Source: Candidatus Tenderia sp.
GTDB taxonomy: Bacteria; Pseudomonadota; Gammaproteobacteria; Tenderiales; Tenderiaceae
NCBI GenBank assembly: GCA_031416075.1
Contig: JANOSY010000031.1
Location: forward strand, 64,001-128,000
Direction: 5' to 3'
DNA: 64,000 nt
Shown here one piece after another: positions 44,979-55,283 of the stretch (position 1 is its first letter; each line of letters begins with the position of its first letter). The translations under genes and the position numbers were made by a program. Under the pieces are notes generated by a model that was given only the letters and a program-made list of their open reading frames with translations, was not told the origin of the DNA and searched no databases.

Positions 44979-46718
44979 TCAGCACGACCAGAGTGGTTCG
45001 ATATAGTCGATCAACAGCTGCACATCACAGGCACCACGAAACTCGTTTACATCCAATTTATAGGCGGCGTGCAGTTGCCGCACACCGCTTGGCCAGTCGT
45101 TATCATCGGTATTAAAGGCGATAGCGCCGATGGTGATGTCACTCCCTTCAGGTTTAAGCGTTAGCTTGAGATGGCGCTCCCCCACAATGCGGCGATTCAC
45201 AATCTCAAACATGCCATCAAACAACGGTTCTGGGAAGCCTTGTCCCCATGGGCCGCCATGGCGCAACGTCTCGGCCAACTCTAAGGTGAAATCGGCGGGC
45301 GTTAACTCACCGTCACTCCAGAGTCTGCCGTGCAGATCATCACTATTAAGATGGCGACGCGCCTCCTTATCAAAGGCCACCACAAACTCCTCAAAACGGT
45401 TTTTATCGAGACCCAACCCAGCGGCCATGGCGTGGCCACCAAACTTCTGGATCAGACCTGGGTGGCGGGTCGCCACCGCATCCAGGGCATCACGGATATG
45501 AAAGCCAGGCACAGAACGAGCCGAGCCTTTGAGTGTATCCGCATCCGCCTCGGCAAAGGCGATCACCGGGCGGTGGTAACGATCCTTGATACGCGAAGCG
45601 AGGATGCCAATCACCCCTTGGTGCCAGTCCGGTTGAAAGATACACAGCCCGGTGGGCAGCGCCTCGGCATCGCCCAACTGCAAAGAGTCCAGATGGGCCA
45701 GGGCCTGACCCTGCATCTCTGTTTCAATAGAGCGACGTTCACGATTGAGTCCGTCCAGTGTCTTGGCCAACTGCTGCGCCTGACCATGATCATCCGTCAG
45801 CAGACAGTGAATACCGATGGCCATATCCTCCAGTCGTCCGGCGGCATTGAGGCGCGGCCCCACCACAAACCCCAGGTCAGAAGCCACCGCCCGCCCACGT
45901 GAACGACCCGCCACCTCCAGTAGCGCCGTGATGCCGGCACAGCACTGCCCCGCCCGAATCCGCGCCAGCCCCTGGGCCACCAGAATACGGTTGACCTGAT
46001 CCAGCGGCACCACATCGGCCACCGTGCCAAGCGCCACCAGGTCGAGCAGCTGCGCCAGATTGGGCAGTGGCACCGCCCGCTGTTCAAACCAGCCCGCATC
46101 ACGTAGAGCACCACGTAGCGCCATCATCACATAGAAGATAACCCCCACACCGGCCAACATCTTGCTGGGAAACTCACAACCGGGCTGATTGGGATTGACG
46201 ATAGCATCGGCCAGCGGCAGCGTCGCGCCCGGCAGATGGTGGTCCGTCACCAGCACCTGAATACCGAGCTTTTTAGCTGTGGCCACCCCGTCAATACTGG
46301 CAATGCCGTTGTCCACGGTAACGATGAGATCAGGCTTCATCTTTGCCGCCACCGCCACGATCTCCGGCGTCAGGCCGTAACCGTACTCAAACCGATTCGG
46401 CACCAAAAACTGCACATCACGCGCCCCCATCAGACGCAACGCCCGCAGCGCCACGGCGGTACTGGTGGCACCATCACAATCAAAGTCACCCACCACCAGG
46501 ATGCGTTGCCCCTGCTGCACGGCACGGGCAAGCAGCGCCACAGCAGCGTCGATTCCCTTCATGGCGCTAATAGGGTGCAAGCGGCCGAGACCACACTCCA
46601 GCTCATCAACAGACGCCACCCGGCGGCTAGCATAGAGCCGCGCCAGCACCGGCGGGAGATCAGGGAAGGTGACAGCCCAGTTATCGGGCAGCGGACGACG
46701 GAGGATTTTATGACTCAC
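44979..46718 (-). CDS. recJ: ssDNA exonuclease RecJ
   Basis: VGDFDCDGATS, TVDNG, TDHH, GPRLNAAGR, GGHAMAAG. Confidence 0.98.
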   Translation of the reverse strand: MSHKILRRPLPDNWAVTFPDLPPVLARLYASRRVASVDELECGLGRLHPISAMKGIDAAVALLARAVQQGQRILVVGDFDCDGATSTAVALRALRLMGARDVQFLVPNRFEYGYGLTPEIVAVAAKMKPDLIVTVDNGIASIDGVATAKKLGIQVLVTDHHLPGATLPLADAIVNPNQPGCEFPSKMLAGVGVIFYVMMALRGALRDAGWFEQRAVPLPNLAQLLDLVALGTVADVVPLDQVNRILVAQGLARIRAGQCCAGITALLEVAGRSRGRAVASDLGFVVGPRLNAAGRLEDMAIGIHCLLTDDHGQAQQLAKTLDGLNRERRSIETEMQGQALAHLDSLQLGDAEALPTGLCIFQPDWHQGVIGILASRIKDRYHRPVIAFAEADADTLKGSARSVPGFHIRDALDAVATRHPGLIQKFGGHAMAAGLGLDKNRFEEFVVAFDKEARRHLNSDDLHGRLWSDGELTPADFTLELAETLRHGGPWGQGFPEPLFDGMFEIVNRRIVGERHLKLTLKPEGSDITIGAIAFNTDDNDWPSGVRQLHAAYKLDVNEFRGACDVQLLIDYIEPLWSC

Positions 46719-46809
46719 AGGTGACTACCCTTAAAATACACTTTCAACATCATCTCCTCTGCTTGCATACGTTTCTTCATGCAGCCTGGTTGAATTTTGC
46801 GCATGATCG

Positions 46810-47892
46810 CTAAAGATACCGGCTGAATGGACGGCGCCGCTGCCACCAGCGCCCCAGCTGTTTGCGGTTGAGCTGAAAATGGTGACCATCACTGATCAGG
46901 CTGATTTCACTCAGATCACCACTTTTCAGCGCTGCCAGCAGGGGCACAAACCAGCTCTGGTTTAGTTCCTGCACAACTCCTTGCCACTGCATCAGCTCTT
47001 CCGGCTGGTTATAGCGTTGGCGCATGCCGTCGATCACCACCAAGTGCTGCCCCGCTACGCTTGCCTGCTCCAGCCACTCTTCGCCGGTGGCTGGCAGGCT
47101 TGAGGTTTTCACCTGAAATAGGTGCGCCAGTCCGCGACTCAGCAGCTCATTGCTCCAGAGCTGATGCCATGGCGTGGTTGTAGTGTTGACTACGGGCAAC
47201 TGGCCGCCGCCCCAGAACCAGAGGCTATTGATCTCCGGCAACCCCTGCTGACGGCGCTGCTGATTAACACTGCTGCCATAAAAGAGCATCTGCACCTCAC
47301 TGAGCAGTCTATTCCAGTAGAGTCCCTCGGCCCCCTGTGGCAGGTGGGGATAGATGCCCTGCCCCACCACTGCCGACAAGGGCGTGGTGGTGATTTGTGG
47401 TGTACGTTCGACCCGCAGGTACCAGCGCTGATTGACCGGTGTTTCAAGTTGCAGACCATCGTCGCGACAGAGTTGGTTGAACTCATCACGCAGCTGCGCC
47501 ATCTCTGCGCCGCTGACGTTAAGCTGGTGGTTGCCGGCCATGATCACCTGATCATGGCTCGGCTGCATGTGTACCGGATCGGCACGTAGCCAGTAGTGAC
47601 CGTCCGCTGTGCCGCCATCAATCAACCGCGTTACCGCCGCCACCGGCCAATCCCCCATTGCGGCGTGGATGCCAAACAGGGTGAACAACCGCTGCTCGAT
47701 ACCACTATGTTCGCTGCGTTGTTGTTGGGCGCGGGCCAACAACAGCTCCAGCGCCGTCAAATCATCAAAGGGCATCTCTTTAAGCAGTGCCGTCAACTGC
47801 GCGGGTTCAGCGGCTGCGGCAAACAGACCGGGAATGTATAGAGTGATAGAAGGTTGCGGCATTGGCAGGTGATTGAGTGAAAGGGGGTACAT
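46810..47892 (-). CDS. Phosphoglycerate-mutase-like / RpfE-like protein upstream of recJ
   Basis: WLRADPVH, W.RLLSEVQMLF, VNQQR..QGLPEINSLWFWGGG motifs; recJ adjacency. Confidence 0.7.
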   Translation of the reverse strand: MYPLSLNHLPMPQPSITLYIPGLFAAAAEPAQLTALLKEMPFDDLTALELLLARAQQQRSEHSGIEQRLFTLFGIHAAMGDWPVAAVTRLIDGGTADGHYWLRADPVHMQPSHDQVIMAGNHQLNVSGAEMAQLRDEFNQLCRDDGLQLETPVNQRWYLRVERTPQITTTPLSAVVGQGIYPHLPQGAEGLYWNRLLSEVQMLFYGSSVNQQRRQQGLPEINSLWFWGGGQLPVVNTTTTPWHQLWSNELLSRGLAHLFQVKTSSLPATGEEWLEQASVAGQHLVVIDGMRQRYNQPEELMQWQGVVQELNQSWFVPLLAALKSGDLSEISLISDGHHFQLNRKQLGRWWQRRRPFSRYL

Positions 47893-47989
47893 GATAGTGC
47901 CTCAGCCACGCAGTGGCCACCGCAAATAAAAAAAGGGCTCCTACCCTGGCACCCCGAACAACTCCAAATATTCGACTACCGATTTATTA

Positions 47990-48325
47990 CTAGCCAGCTT
48001 TCAACAGCCCCATCAGGTCCTGTGTGAGGTTGCCCGTTTGAGCGGCCAAGCCTTGGCCGCTGTTTGCACCAAACAGCGCACCCAACCCTTTTGCCAGCTG
48101 TGCGGCTTGGTCGGATGATTTGATCACCCCTTCACCACGCAGGTTGGTTTGCTGGTTTAGTACTTGGGCCGCTCGGCTTACCATTACATCGTCGTCATCA
48201 CTGCCACTGCCTGCTGCGGCTGGTTGCTCTTTCTCTTGCCCTGACACCTGCCGCTGCGTCTCTGGCGGCAACGTTTTATTGCTGCCTATCAGCGCCGGGG
48301 AGTTGTTGGTGACTGGTGTGGCCAT
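47990..48325 (-). CDS. Small hypothetical protein with FlgM/flagellin-like features
   Basis: 111 aa, AGGAG RBS; DDDVMVSRAAQ and LAAQTGNLTQDLMGLL. Confidence 0.55.
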   Translation of the reverse strand: MATPVTNNSPALIGSNKTLPPETQRQVSGQEKEQPAAAGSGSDDDDVMVSRAAQVLNQQTNLRGEGVIKSSDQAAQLAKGLGALFGANSGQGLAAQTGNLTQDLMGLLKAG

Positions 48326-48461
48326 CTGATCTTGCTCCTATTGGTATGACATTTTCTTGACGAACAGAGGGGTTGATCGCCGCTTGATAACAACAGGAGC
48401 AAAGAGCGGGCCATCTCTGCTAGGCTTTGGCTTCAATCGACGTTTGAGACTCGATGTTCAT

Positions 48462-48860
48462 ATGCGCTACCACCCACAAATCCGCCACATCCCACGCCTG
48501 ATAACGGTGTGGCTGCTGACCTGCACTGCCACAGCGCTGGCCGATGTGCCAGCCGCGCAGCAACATGAGGTGCAACATCTGCTGACGTTTATTGCTAAAA
48601 GTGATTGCACCTTGATGCGTAATGGCAAACCGCACACGGGGGAAGAGGCGTTGGTCCACATAGAGCGTAAATACGATTATTTGAGGAAGAAGATCACAAC
48701 GACAGAAGGATTCATCGAACTTGCCGCCAGTTCTAGCAGCATGAGTGGCAGCGATTACCGGGTAAGGTGCCCAAGGCTACCAGAGACCAAAAGCAGAGAG
48801 TGGTTGATGCAGGAGCTGAGGCGTTACCGCCAACTGCCACCTAAAACCAACCCGCCGTAA
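48462..48860 (+). CDS. DUF5329-family secreted protein
   Basis: EVQHLL, SDC...RNG, HIERKYDY, FIELAASSSSMSGSDYRVRC; ATG 48462 preferred as start. Confidence 0.75.
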   Translation: MRYHPQIRHIPRLITVWLLTCTATALADVPAAQQHEVQHLLTFIAKSDCTLMRNGKPHTGEEALVHIERKYDYLRKKITTTEGFIELAASSSSMSGSDYRVRCPRLPETKSREWLMQELRRYRQLPPKTNPP

Positions 48861-48863
48861 TGG

Positions 48864-49580
48864 TTAGAGATGCAGCCCACACTCCGCTTTGGGGGTGTCG
48901 ATCCAACGGCCGCTGCGGTCATCGCCCGGCTTGGTGCAGTGTGTGCAGCCGATGGAGGAGTACCCCTCGGCTACTAATGGATGAAACGGCAGTTGGTGAT
49001 CGCGGATGTAGGTATCACGCTGTTCTTTGGTGACGTCGATAAGGGGATAAAATTTGATGATACCGCCACGGTATTCAAAAACATCCAGCGATGAGCGATG
49101 CTCGGTCTGCCAGCGCATCAAGCCGGAGACCCACACCTTGAAGTTCTTCTTGATCTCCTGCAACGGCTCAACCTTATTGATGGAGCAGCAGAAGTCAGGG
49201 TCTGTTTTCCAGGTCTGATCCTTGACGGTGTACTCATGTTTCCACGCCTCGGCACGTACATCCTCAACCTTAAGATGGTAAAGCTCAGTGAGTTTGGCCT
49301 TATACTCCAGCGTCTCGGAAAAATGGAAACCAGTATCAACAAAATGGACCTTCTGCTGTGGCGCAACCGTTGCGAACAGGTGCAGCAAAAAGGCGGAGTT
49401 GGCGGCAAATGAGGAGGTGAGCATCACCTCCTGCTCAGCAAAGTCATGATAGAGCGCCCTGACACGCGCTTCCGGGGTTAAGTCACGGTAGCGGGTATTG
49501 AGTTCGTCAATGACGGCCTCTACGCTCAACCCGTGCACTGTTTTCTCAACGGCGGCTGTCATCATGGCATAGGATTCCAT
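48864..49580 (-). CDS. cysH: Adenylylsulfate/phosphoadenylylsulfate reductase (4Fe-4S type)
   Basis: VDTGFHF, CCSINKVEPL, SIGCTHCT, terminal ECGLH. Confidence 0.9.
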   Translation of the reverse strand: MESYAMMTAAVEKTVHGLSVEAVIDELNTRYRDLTPEARVRALYHDFAEQEVMLTSSFAANSAFLLHLFATVAPQQKVHFVDTGFHFSETLEYKAKLTELYHLKVEDVRAEAWKHEYTVKDQTWKTDPDFCCSINKVEPLQEIKKNFKVWVSGLMRWQTEHRSSLDVFEYRGGIIKFYPLIDVTKEQRDTYIRDHQLPFHPLVAEGYSSIGCTHCTKPGDDRSGRWIDTPKAECGLHL

Positions 49581-49707
49581 ATTATTTAAACGGGTTACGC
49601 TGCAAGGTTAGCGTCGCAATGTATATAAAATTACACTATATGAAATGTCAGGCGTTATAAATTAAACAGATATAATATAGCCACCGGCTATTAGGCTTTT
49701 GCAAATA

Positions 49708-50013
49708 CTACGGTTTAACAGGGTCTCTATCGCTAACAAACAGCTGCTGGTAGTAACCAAGCTGACGCCGTAAAACCTCCCGTTCAACCGGCCGAAATAT
49801 CTCATCCACCACGGTAAATTGGAGCCTCTCAACAACAGCATCGGGGGACTCTGTTTGCCAGGGGATGATGGTGAGCCCCTTCGGCAATTCACTACTACCA
49901 AATATGCTTATCCCCTTTTTAATCTCCATCACCTCTTCCGCTGGCGCTGTAGTAACCACACCCGCCATTATGAATAGTAGAAAGATCGGGGCCAACCTCA
50001 GTCGCACCATCAT
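49708..50013 (-). CDS. Small exported protein, GltF-like
   Basis: Signal peptide; ISIFGSSELPKGLTIIPWQ and PVEREVLRR motifs; last gene of the TPR operon. Confidence 0.55.
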   Translation of the reverse strand: MMVRLRLAPIFLLFIMAGVVTTAPAEEVMEIKKGISIFGSSELPKGLTIIPWQTESPDAVVERLQFTVVDEIFRPVEREVLRRQLGYYQQLFVSDRDPVKP

Positions 50014-50639
50014 CTATTGGGCCCTGTTGTTGCTGCAGGCGTTTTAAGGCGCTGAGTCAGCTCTGCAATCCACATGGAGACCTGAGCATCATCATTGGAG
50101 GTCATAAATTGATAACGGATGTAGTGCTGTAACGCCTTTTCGCCCTCAAACAGATAGAGGTCATAAAGAATGCCAAGATTCAGGTAGGCATCGGCATACT
50201 CTTCATCCGCCGCAATGGCACTCTTGTATGCAGCCAGTGCTTCGTTGAAACGTCCACGCTCACGGTAGACCATGCCAAGACGATTTTGGGCTACAGCACT
50301 TTTAGGATTCAGCGCCACCGCCTTTAACAACGCTTCCTCCGCCTCATCGAGGCGACTCATTCTGTGATAGAGAATGCCCAGATTGACATAAGGACCGGAA
50401 TAATCAGGATGGCGCTCAATAAAAATATTGAGTTCTTTAATCGCCAGCGGATAGTTACCCTCGCGGATGCTGGTGAGCGCCAGATCATACTCCTGTTTCT
50501 GCAGTTCAAGCTGTCGTAACTGCTCCGCCGTTAAAGGTATAGGCGCTGCATCACTCTGCTCAATCGACGTTGTTGCACATCCACTCAAGTACAGCCCCAG
50601 CAAGATTGCCGCCACCGCTTTACTGCAACGCTTCAACAA
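50010..50639 (-). CDS. TPR lipoprotein (GltE-like)
   Basis: Lipobox LSGC; TPRs; AYLNLGILYDLYL...ALQHY. Confidence 0.75.
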   Translation of the reverse strand: MLKRCSKAVAAILLGLYLSGCATTSIEQSDAAPIPLTAEQLRQLELQKQEYDLALTSIREGNYPLAIKELNIFIERHPDYSGPYVNLGILYHRMSRLDEAEEALLKAVALNPKSAVAQNRLGMVYRERGRFNEALAAYKSAIAADEEYADAYLNLGILYDLYLFEGEKALQHYIRYQFMTSNDDAQVSMWIAELTQRLKTPAATTGPNR

Positions 50640-53415
50640 TGCTGGCCCCTTTTTCAGATTTTGAATACCGTACCGGCAATAACTCTTTGAGCTTGCCGTA
50701 GCTCTTTTTCACCCAGGTATCGTAAACGCCGCTGGAAACACGCTGGGTATTTGACTCAAGAATCGCAATGGCCTTCTCCTCAAATGGAAAGGCCTGCTCT
50801 TCAAGCATGATGTTGTACTCCTCCAGCTCATCCCGCCCCAACTCTTTGGGCCGTTCGGACTCCATCAAGTTTTTACTGAACTGGTAATAAATTTCACCTA
50901 TGCGATAGGTAGAGGCTGTCACCACGTCAGAGACACTGTATGTGGCCGCCTGGTTATAGGCGCTCAGTGCATCTTCCATGCGCTCTTTTTTTATCAGCAG
51001 ATTTTTGGCCAACGGCTCAACCAGTTTAACGCTCTGAAATGCACTCAACTTTCCCTCTGCCATATCCAGGGCCGCCTGTGCCACAAGGTATCGGCTTCGA
51101 TCGGTATGCCCAGGGCGATCCAGCTCAACATCCATCAGCTGTGTTGTTATAAAATTGGACCGTGCAGTCTGCCCCAGTGCCAGGTAAAGCTGGCTCAGGC
51201 GATAACGTGCCTCGATCTGCTGACTGTAAGGCTCTGCAAATTGCAGCAGATAAAACTCATACACATTGGCGCTGCGGTCGAGCTGTCTGGCCTTTTCATA
51301 AAGCTCGGCTGACTGCCACGCGGCCTCCCTTTTTACATCCACTGAGTGGTCGGCACGGGCGATTTTCTCATACTCTTCCGCGGCCTGAACCCCTTTGCCA
51401 GACTCCATGTAGACCAGTGCCAGTTTAAAGGGCAGCTCCTGCTGCAGCCCATGCTCTGGATAGCTTTTTCGGAAATGTTCCAGTGTTGTGATCGCTGCAT
51501 CCCACGCCTTCATCTCAATCAGGACTGAGGCCGCTTCATATTCTGCCTGTATGCGAATATCCGCCGCTGGGGCAACGGCGGATATTCTCAGGTAGTCATC
51601 CACCGCTGCGGTCATGTTGCCCACCGCCTGTTTCTCTTTTGCCTGTTTGTAGATGGAGGCTGCCAGCCACTCAAACGCCACCGGCTTAACACTTCCTTTA
51701 CTTCGCGCCAGTGCTATCGCCTGCTGATATGAACGTTCAGCGTTGCGGTACTCTTTCTGCTCGTAATAGCCGTGGGCATTCACCGTCCACGCCGCCTCAA
51801 GCAACTCAGGCGCTGCATTCTCACCCATGGTGATTACGCGCTGGGCCAACATCTGTGCCTTATCGAACTCTTTGGCACCGTAGGCCTCTTGCGCCAGAGT
51901 GGTCATGATCGTCGCCATGCGGCTATCGTCTGGATAACGCTCGGCATACTGCAATAGATTGGCAGTCTGTTTATCACTCCACTCTTTCTGTGTCTCCGGG
52001 CCGATCGTTTTCAGTAGTTCGCGGTAGGCCAGGATGGCGGCGTAACCCGCCTCCTGAGAGTTGGTGCTGGCAGGAAACTCGTACGCAACACGTTCATACT
52101 CTTTGCTGGCCTCGGCGTAACGTTTGCCCTCGTAGAGCATGTCCGCCAACAGGTAGTGGATCTTGGCCTCATCTTTGTCATTGGGCAGATCCCGCAAATA
52201 GGCGCGATACCAGTTCTCTGCCAGATTGTAATCGGACTCACGTTTCTCTCTCTGCGCCACCGCATGGTAATACTGGGTAATATCGGTCAGCGCCAACCGC
52301 ACATTGGGCATCAACTGGGCGCGAACTTTATCGTTGTAATTTATCCACAGACTACTACTAGGGCCATAGACCTGAACAAAGTGCTTTTTAGCACTCAATA
52401 CCGCATCAGGCTTCTCTGCCAGGGCAAAGATATCAAACAGTTTCAACTTGAAAAATGCCGCCTGCGGCTCCTTCAGATAACGGACAGAGTAGGTTGTGTA
52501 GATGTTCACCGCGTCCTGATAACGCTTTTGGCGCAGATAAAAATCGGCCAACGTCTGGTAGATCACGTGGTCGTAGTTTTTGCGGCCACGTTTGGCAATC
52601 TGTGCCTCGATGCGATCGACACTGTTGACGTATGAGAAGACCAGCGCGACAGCGTAGAGGGTATCGTCGATCAGCTCCTGATCCGTCTGCCCCACAGGTA
52701 GCGCGGCAAACGGGTCTCCATCCAGCTCCAGTGGTACCAATTTAAGATCGAGAAGGGAGAAAAACGATACCAGCGCCTGGTCAAACTGGTCCAGCTTCAA
52801 CATATTCCAGCCATGTTTATGCAAGGCCAACTCATAAAAGCGGGATGTTTCACCAAGCTCCACCACACTATGGAACACCCTGGCCGACGCTTCGTACTCA
52901 CCATCCACAAAAAACAGCTCACCGCGACGGAACTGCACCTCGGCATAAAGTGGGCTACTGGGGTACTCTTCTGCCAGCCTTGCCAAGGCTGCCATTGACT
53001 CATCCACCATTCCCAGCCGTTCATAGGCCTGGGCCAGTTGGTAGAGCACCTGATCATTACCAACAAAATCGGGGTAACTCTGGAGCAACTCCTTATATAT
53101 ATCAATGGAGACCTGATACTCCTTAATATCACCAGCACTTAATGGCGTGACGGTTTTGACCTCTTTGTCCAATCCGGTCTCCAGCTCCAGATCGGCCAGC
53201 CGCTTCATGGCTCGGGCACGAAAACGGTTATCAATATCCTGCTCCATCGTCGAACGGTAATATTTCATGGCATCGTTGCGATTCACCTCAACCGGTGTAT
53301 CAACATCAATCACCACCTTGGAACGCTCCATGCTCCCTAACGTCAACTCCTTTGAGCCACTACAGGCGACCAGTAACAGGGTCGCCAGGACGAGCAGGGA
53401 TATACGACGCATCAT
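50620..53415 (-). CDS. Large TPR lipoprotein (GltD/AgmU-like)
   Basis: Lipobox LVAC; DQVLYQLAQAYE, EVQFRRGELFF; C-terminal LEEQAFPFEEKAI. Confidence 0.75.
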   Translation of the reverse strand: MMRRISLLVLATLLLVACSGSKELTLGSMERSKVVIDVDTPVEVNRNDAMKYYRSTMEQDIDNRFRARAMKRLADLELETGLDKEVKTVTPLSAGDIKEYQVSIDIYKELLQSYPDFVGNDQVLYQLAQAYERLGMVDESMAALARLAEEYPSSPLYAEVQFRRGELFFVDGEYEASARVFHSVVELGETSRFYELALHKHGWNMLKLDQFDQALVSFFSLLDLKLVPLELDGDPFAALPVGQTDQELIDDTLYAVALVFSYVNSVDRIEAQIAKRGRKNYDHVIYQTLADFYLRQKRYQDAVNIYTTYSVRYLKEPQAAFFKLKLFDIFALAEKPDAVLSAKKHFVQVYGPSSSLWINYNDKVRAQLMPNVRLALTDITQYYHAVAQREKRESDYNLAENWYRAYLRDLPNDKDEAKIHYLLADMLYEGKRYAEASKEYERVAYEFPASTNSQEAGYAAILAYRELLKTIGPETQKEWSDKQTANLLQYAERYPDDSRMATIMTTLAQEAYGAKEFDKAQMLAQRVITMGENAAPELLEAAWTVNAHGYYEQKEYRNAERSYQQAIALARSKGSVKPVAFEWLAASIYKQAKEKQAVGNMTAAVDDYLRISAVAPAADIRIQAEYEAASVLIEMKAWDAAITTLEHFRKSYPEHGLQQELPFKLALVYMESGKGVQAAEEYEKIARADHSVDVKREAAWQSAELYEKARQLDRSANVYEFYLLQFAEPYSQQIEARYRLSQLYLALGQTARSNFITTQLMDVELDRPGHTDRSRYLVAQAALDMAEGKLSAFQSVKLVEPLAKNLLIKKERMEDALSAYNQAATYSVSDVVTASTYRIGEIYYQFSKNLMESERPKELGRDELEEYNIMLEEQAFPFEEKAIAILESNTQRVSSGVYDTWVKKSYGKLKELLPVRYSKSEKGASIVEALQ

Positions 53416-55283
53416 GGATGCTCCTTCTGTATATGTTGGGCCTCATCATAAATCTGCGCCACGGCAAACAGTGCCTGACTTCGATACGCTTCAACCTGAA
53501 ATTTCACACCCGCCACGGCTGATTGTGCCAAGTGCTGCAAACGCGCCTCTGACGCCTGTGCCAGATTTTTTGTCTGTTGTTGCAGGCGTTCTGTCTGATG
53601 ACGTCGTGCCTGCAACGTTTGGCGATAATGGTCAAAATTGCCGGGGCTCCGCTCAAGAACACTGTTCAACCGCTGCTGCTGGCCACGACTCTCAGCCAAC
53701 CTCTCATCCAGCTGCTGTAGCTGCTGTTTTGCCCGCCATAAACGTGCCGGATACTCACTCTCCAGCTGCCAGAGTAGCCCTCCTTGCAGCACGGTGAGTT
53801 TACGCCGCTGCTTATCAATCTCTACGCGCCCCTCAAGCTGCTGCAACCGTTTTTCAACCTGGGTCAGTTGTACCCAGCGCTGCTGCTCTTCCGCTGTTGT
53901 CAGGTCCATGGCATCTTCCTGCGCCTCGATCCCCTGTAACCTCTGGGTGTGGGCATCACGTTGCTGCTGAAGTCTCTCCCCTTCGAGCTTGGCCAGCGCC
54001 TTCAAAATGGTTGGCAGGCGTCTTTCGTAGCCGGTTTGGCGCGTATCTACCATCGCCTCATAGGCCTCCAGATCATCCCGCCAGCGGGATAAGTTCGTCT
54101 CCAGATGGAGCAGATCACGATAGTTGCGTAACGCCTCCTGAAATTCATGGCCCGCCATCACGCGGTAGAGGTAAGGTGTCAATGTCGTCTCCGGGGTCAG
54201 CTCGGTACGCCAGTGCCAGCCTGTTTCAGCTGCGCCACGTGGGTCCACTAATTCGTGTGCCAGGGCGGTAAAATTCATGCCGGCAATAATTCCTTCCAGG
54301 GTTGTCAGCGCTTCGTTATAGTGCTCAATCGCTGTTTGATAATGATCCAGCGCCTGCTGTCGTGCGCCAAGTTGATTGAAGGTATAGGGTACCGCTAAAA
54401 GCCCCTCCAATACAGCGGGGTCTGAAACATTCCGTTCAATCAAAGGCAGCCAGATCGCCAACGCCTCTTTGCCGCGCCCCATGCCAGACTCTACCCATCC
54501 CAACCCCAACAGCGCCTGGCTGACAAACGGGCTGTTAAGCCGCACATGTTCAAACCAGCCCTTGGCTGCAACAAACTCTTTTTTTCGTAAGTGGCTGTAC
54601 CCTAAAGCAATTCTGCTTTTATCGTACAGCTCAGTACGTCCTGGCTCACCGCTATCACCCTGTTGCAGCAGCGCTGCCAGCAGGGGCCGGCCCTGCTCAT
54701 CACGTCCCTCGCGGATATGGTGAAGTGCCAGATTGTATTGGGCAAAACCGCTATCCAGGGAGTTGGGCCGATAACTGGCCAACTGTGCCGCTGCTTCGGT
54801 ATAGAGACCTCGCTGGGCCAGCAGGATACTGGTTAACTGCTGACGTTCATCCTCCTGCCCGGTTGGCAACTGGGTATCGAGCCGTTGTAACAGTTTTGCC
54901 GACTCAGTGTGGCTACCACTCTTGTAATGGATGTTTGCCAGCGCTAACCAGACACGGTTGCGCTGTGTTGGGGTGAGCTGGTTTTTAAGCAGTCGGCTAA
55001 AGATCGCTTCGGCATTTTTTTGCATGCCGTAGGAAAAATAGAGTCCCCCCAACAGCAGCTCCGCCTCAACCCCCTGATTAGGCAGACGCCCTACCTGTTG
55101 CGCGGCACTCAGCTGGATGATGGCGGAAAAGTAGTTCTGCTGATAAAAATCAAACAACACCTCTCCATAAAAGGGGTCTTTGACTACCGCTGGGAGCGCC
55201 TGCTCTGCCTTAACGGCAGCAGTCACCGCCATCAAACAGGGCAACAGGCAGAGCAAGACAGAACCTTTCACCCCTACTCCCAA
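53412..55283 (-). CDS. TPR plus coiled-coil exported protein
   Basis: Signal peptide; VKDPFYGEVLFDFYQQNYFSAI; TPRs; C-terminal coiled coil. Confidence 0.75.
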   Translation of the reverse strand: MGVGVKGSVLLCLLPCLMAVTAAVKAEQALPAVVKDPFYGEVLFDFYQQNYFSAIIQLSAAQQVGRLPNQGVEAELLLGGLYFSYGMQKNAEAIFSRLLKNQLTPTQRNRVWLALANIHYKSGSHTESAKLLQRLDTQLPTGQEDERQQLTSILLAQRGLYTEAAAQLASYRPNSLDSGFAQYNLALHHIREGRDEQGRPLLAALLQQGDSGEPGRTELYDKSRIALGYSHLRKKEFVAAKGWFEHVRLNSPFVSQALLGLGWVESGMGRGKEALAIWLPLIERNVSDPAVLEGLLAVPYTFNQLGARQQALDHYQTAIEHYNEALTTLEGIIAGMNFTALAHELVDPRGAAETGWHWRTELTPETTLTPYLYRVMAGHEFQEALRNYRDLLHLETNLSRWRDDLEAYEAMVDTRQTGYERRLPTILKALAKLEGERLQQQRDAHTQRLQGIEAQEDAMDLTTAEEQQRWVQLTQVEKRLQQLEGRVEIDKQRRKLTVLQGGLLWQLESEYPARLWRAKQQLQQLDERLAESRGQQQRLNSVLERSPGNFDHYRQTLQARRHQTERLQQQTKNLAQASEARLQHLAQSAVAGVKFQVEAYRSQALFAVAQIYDEAQHIQKEHP

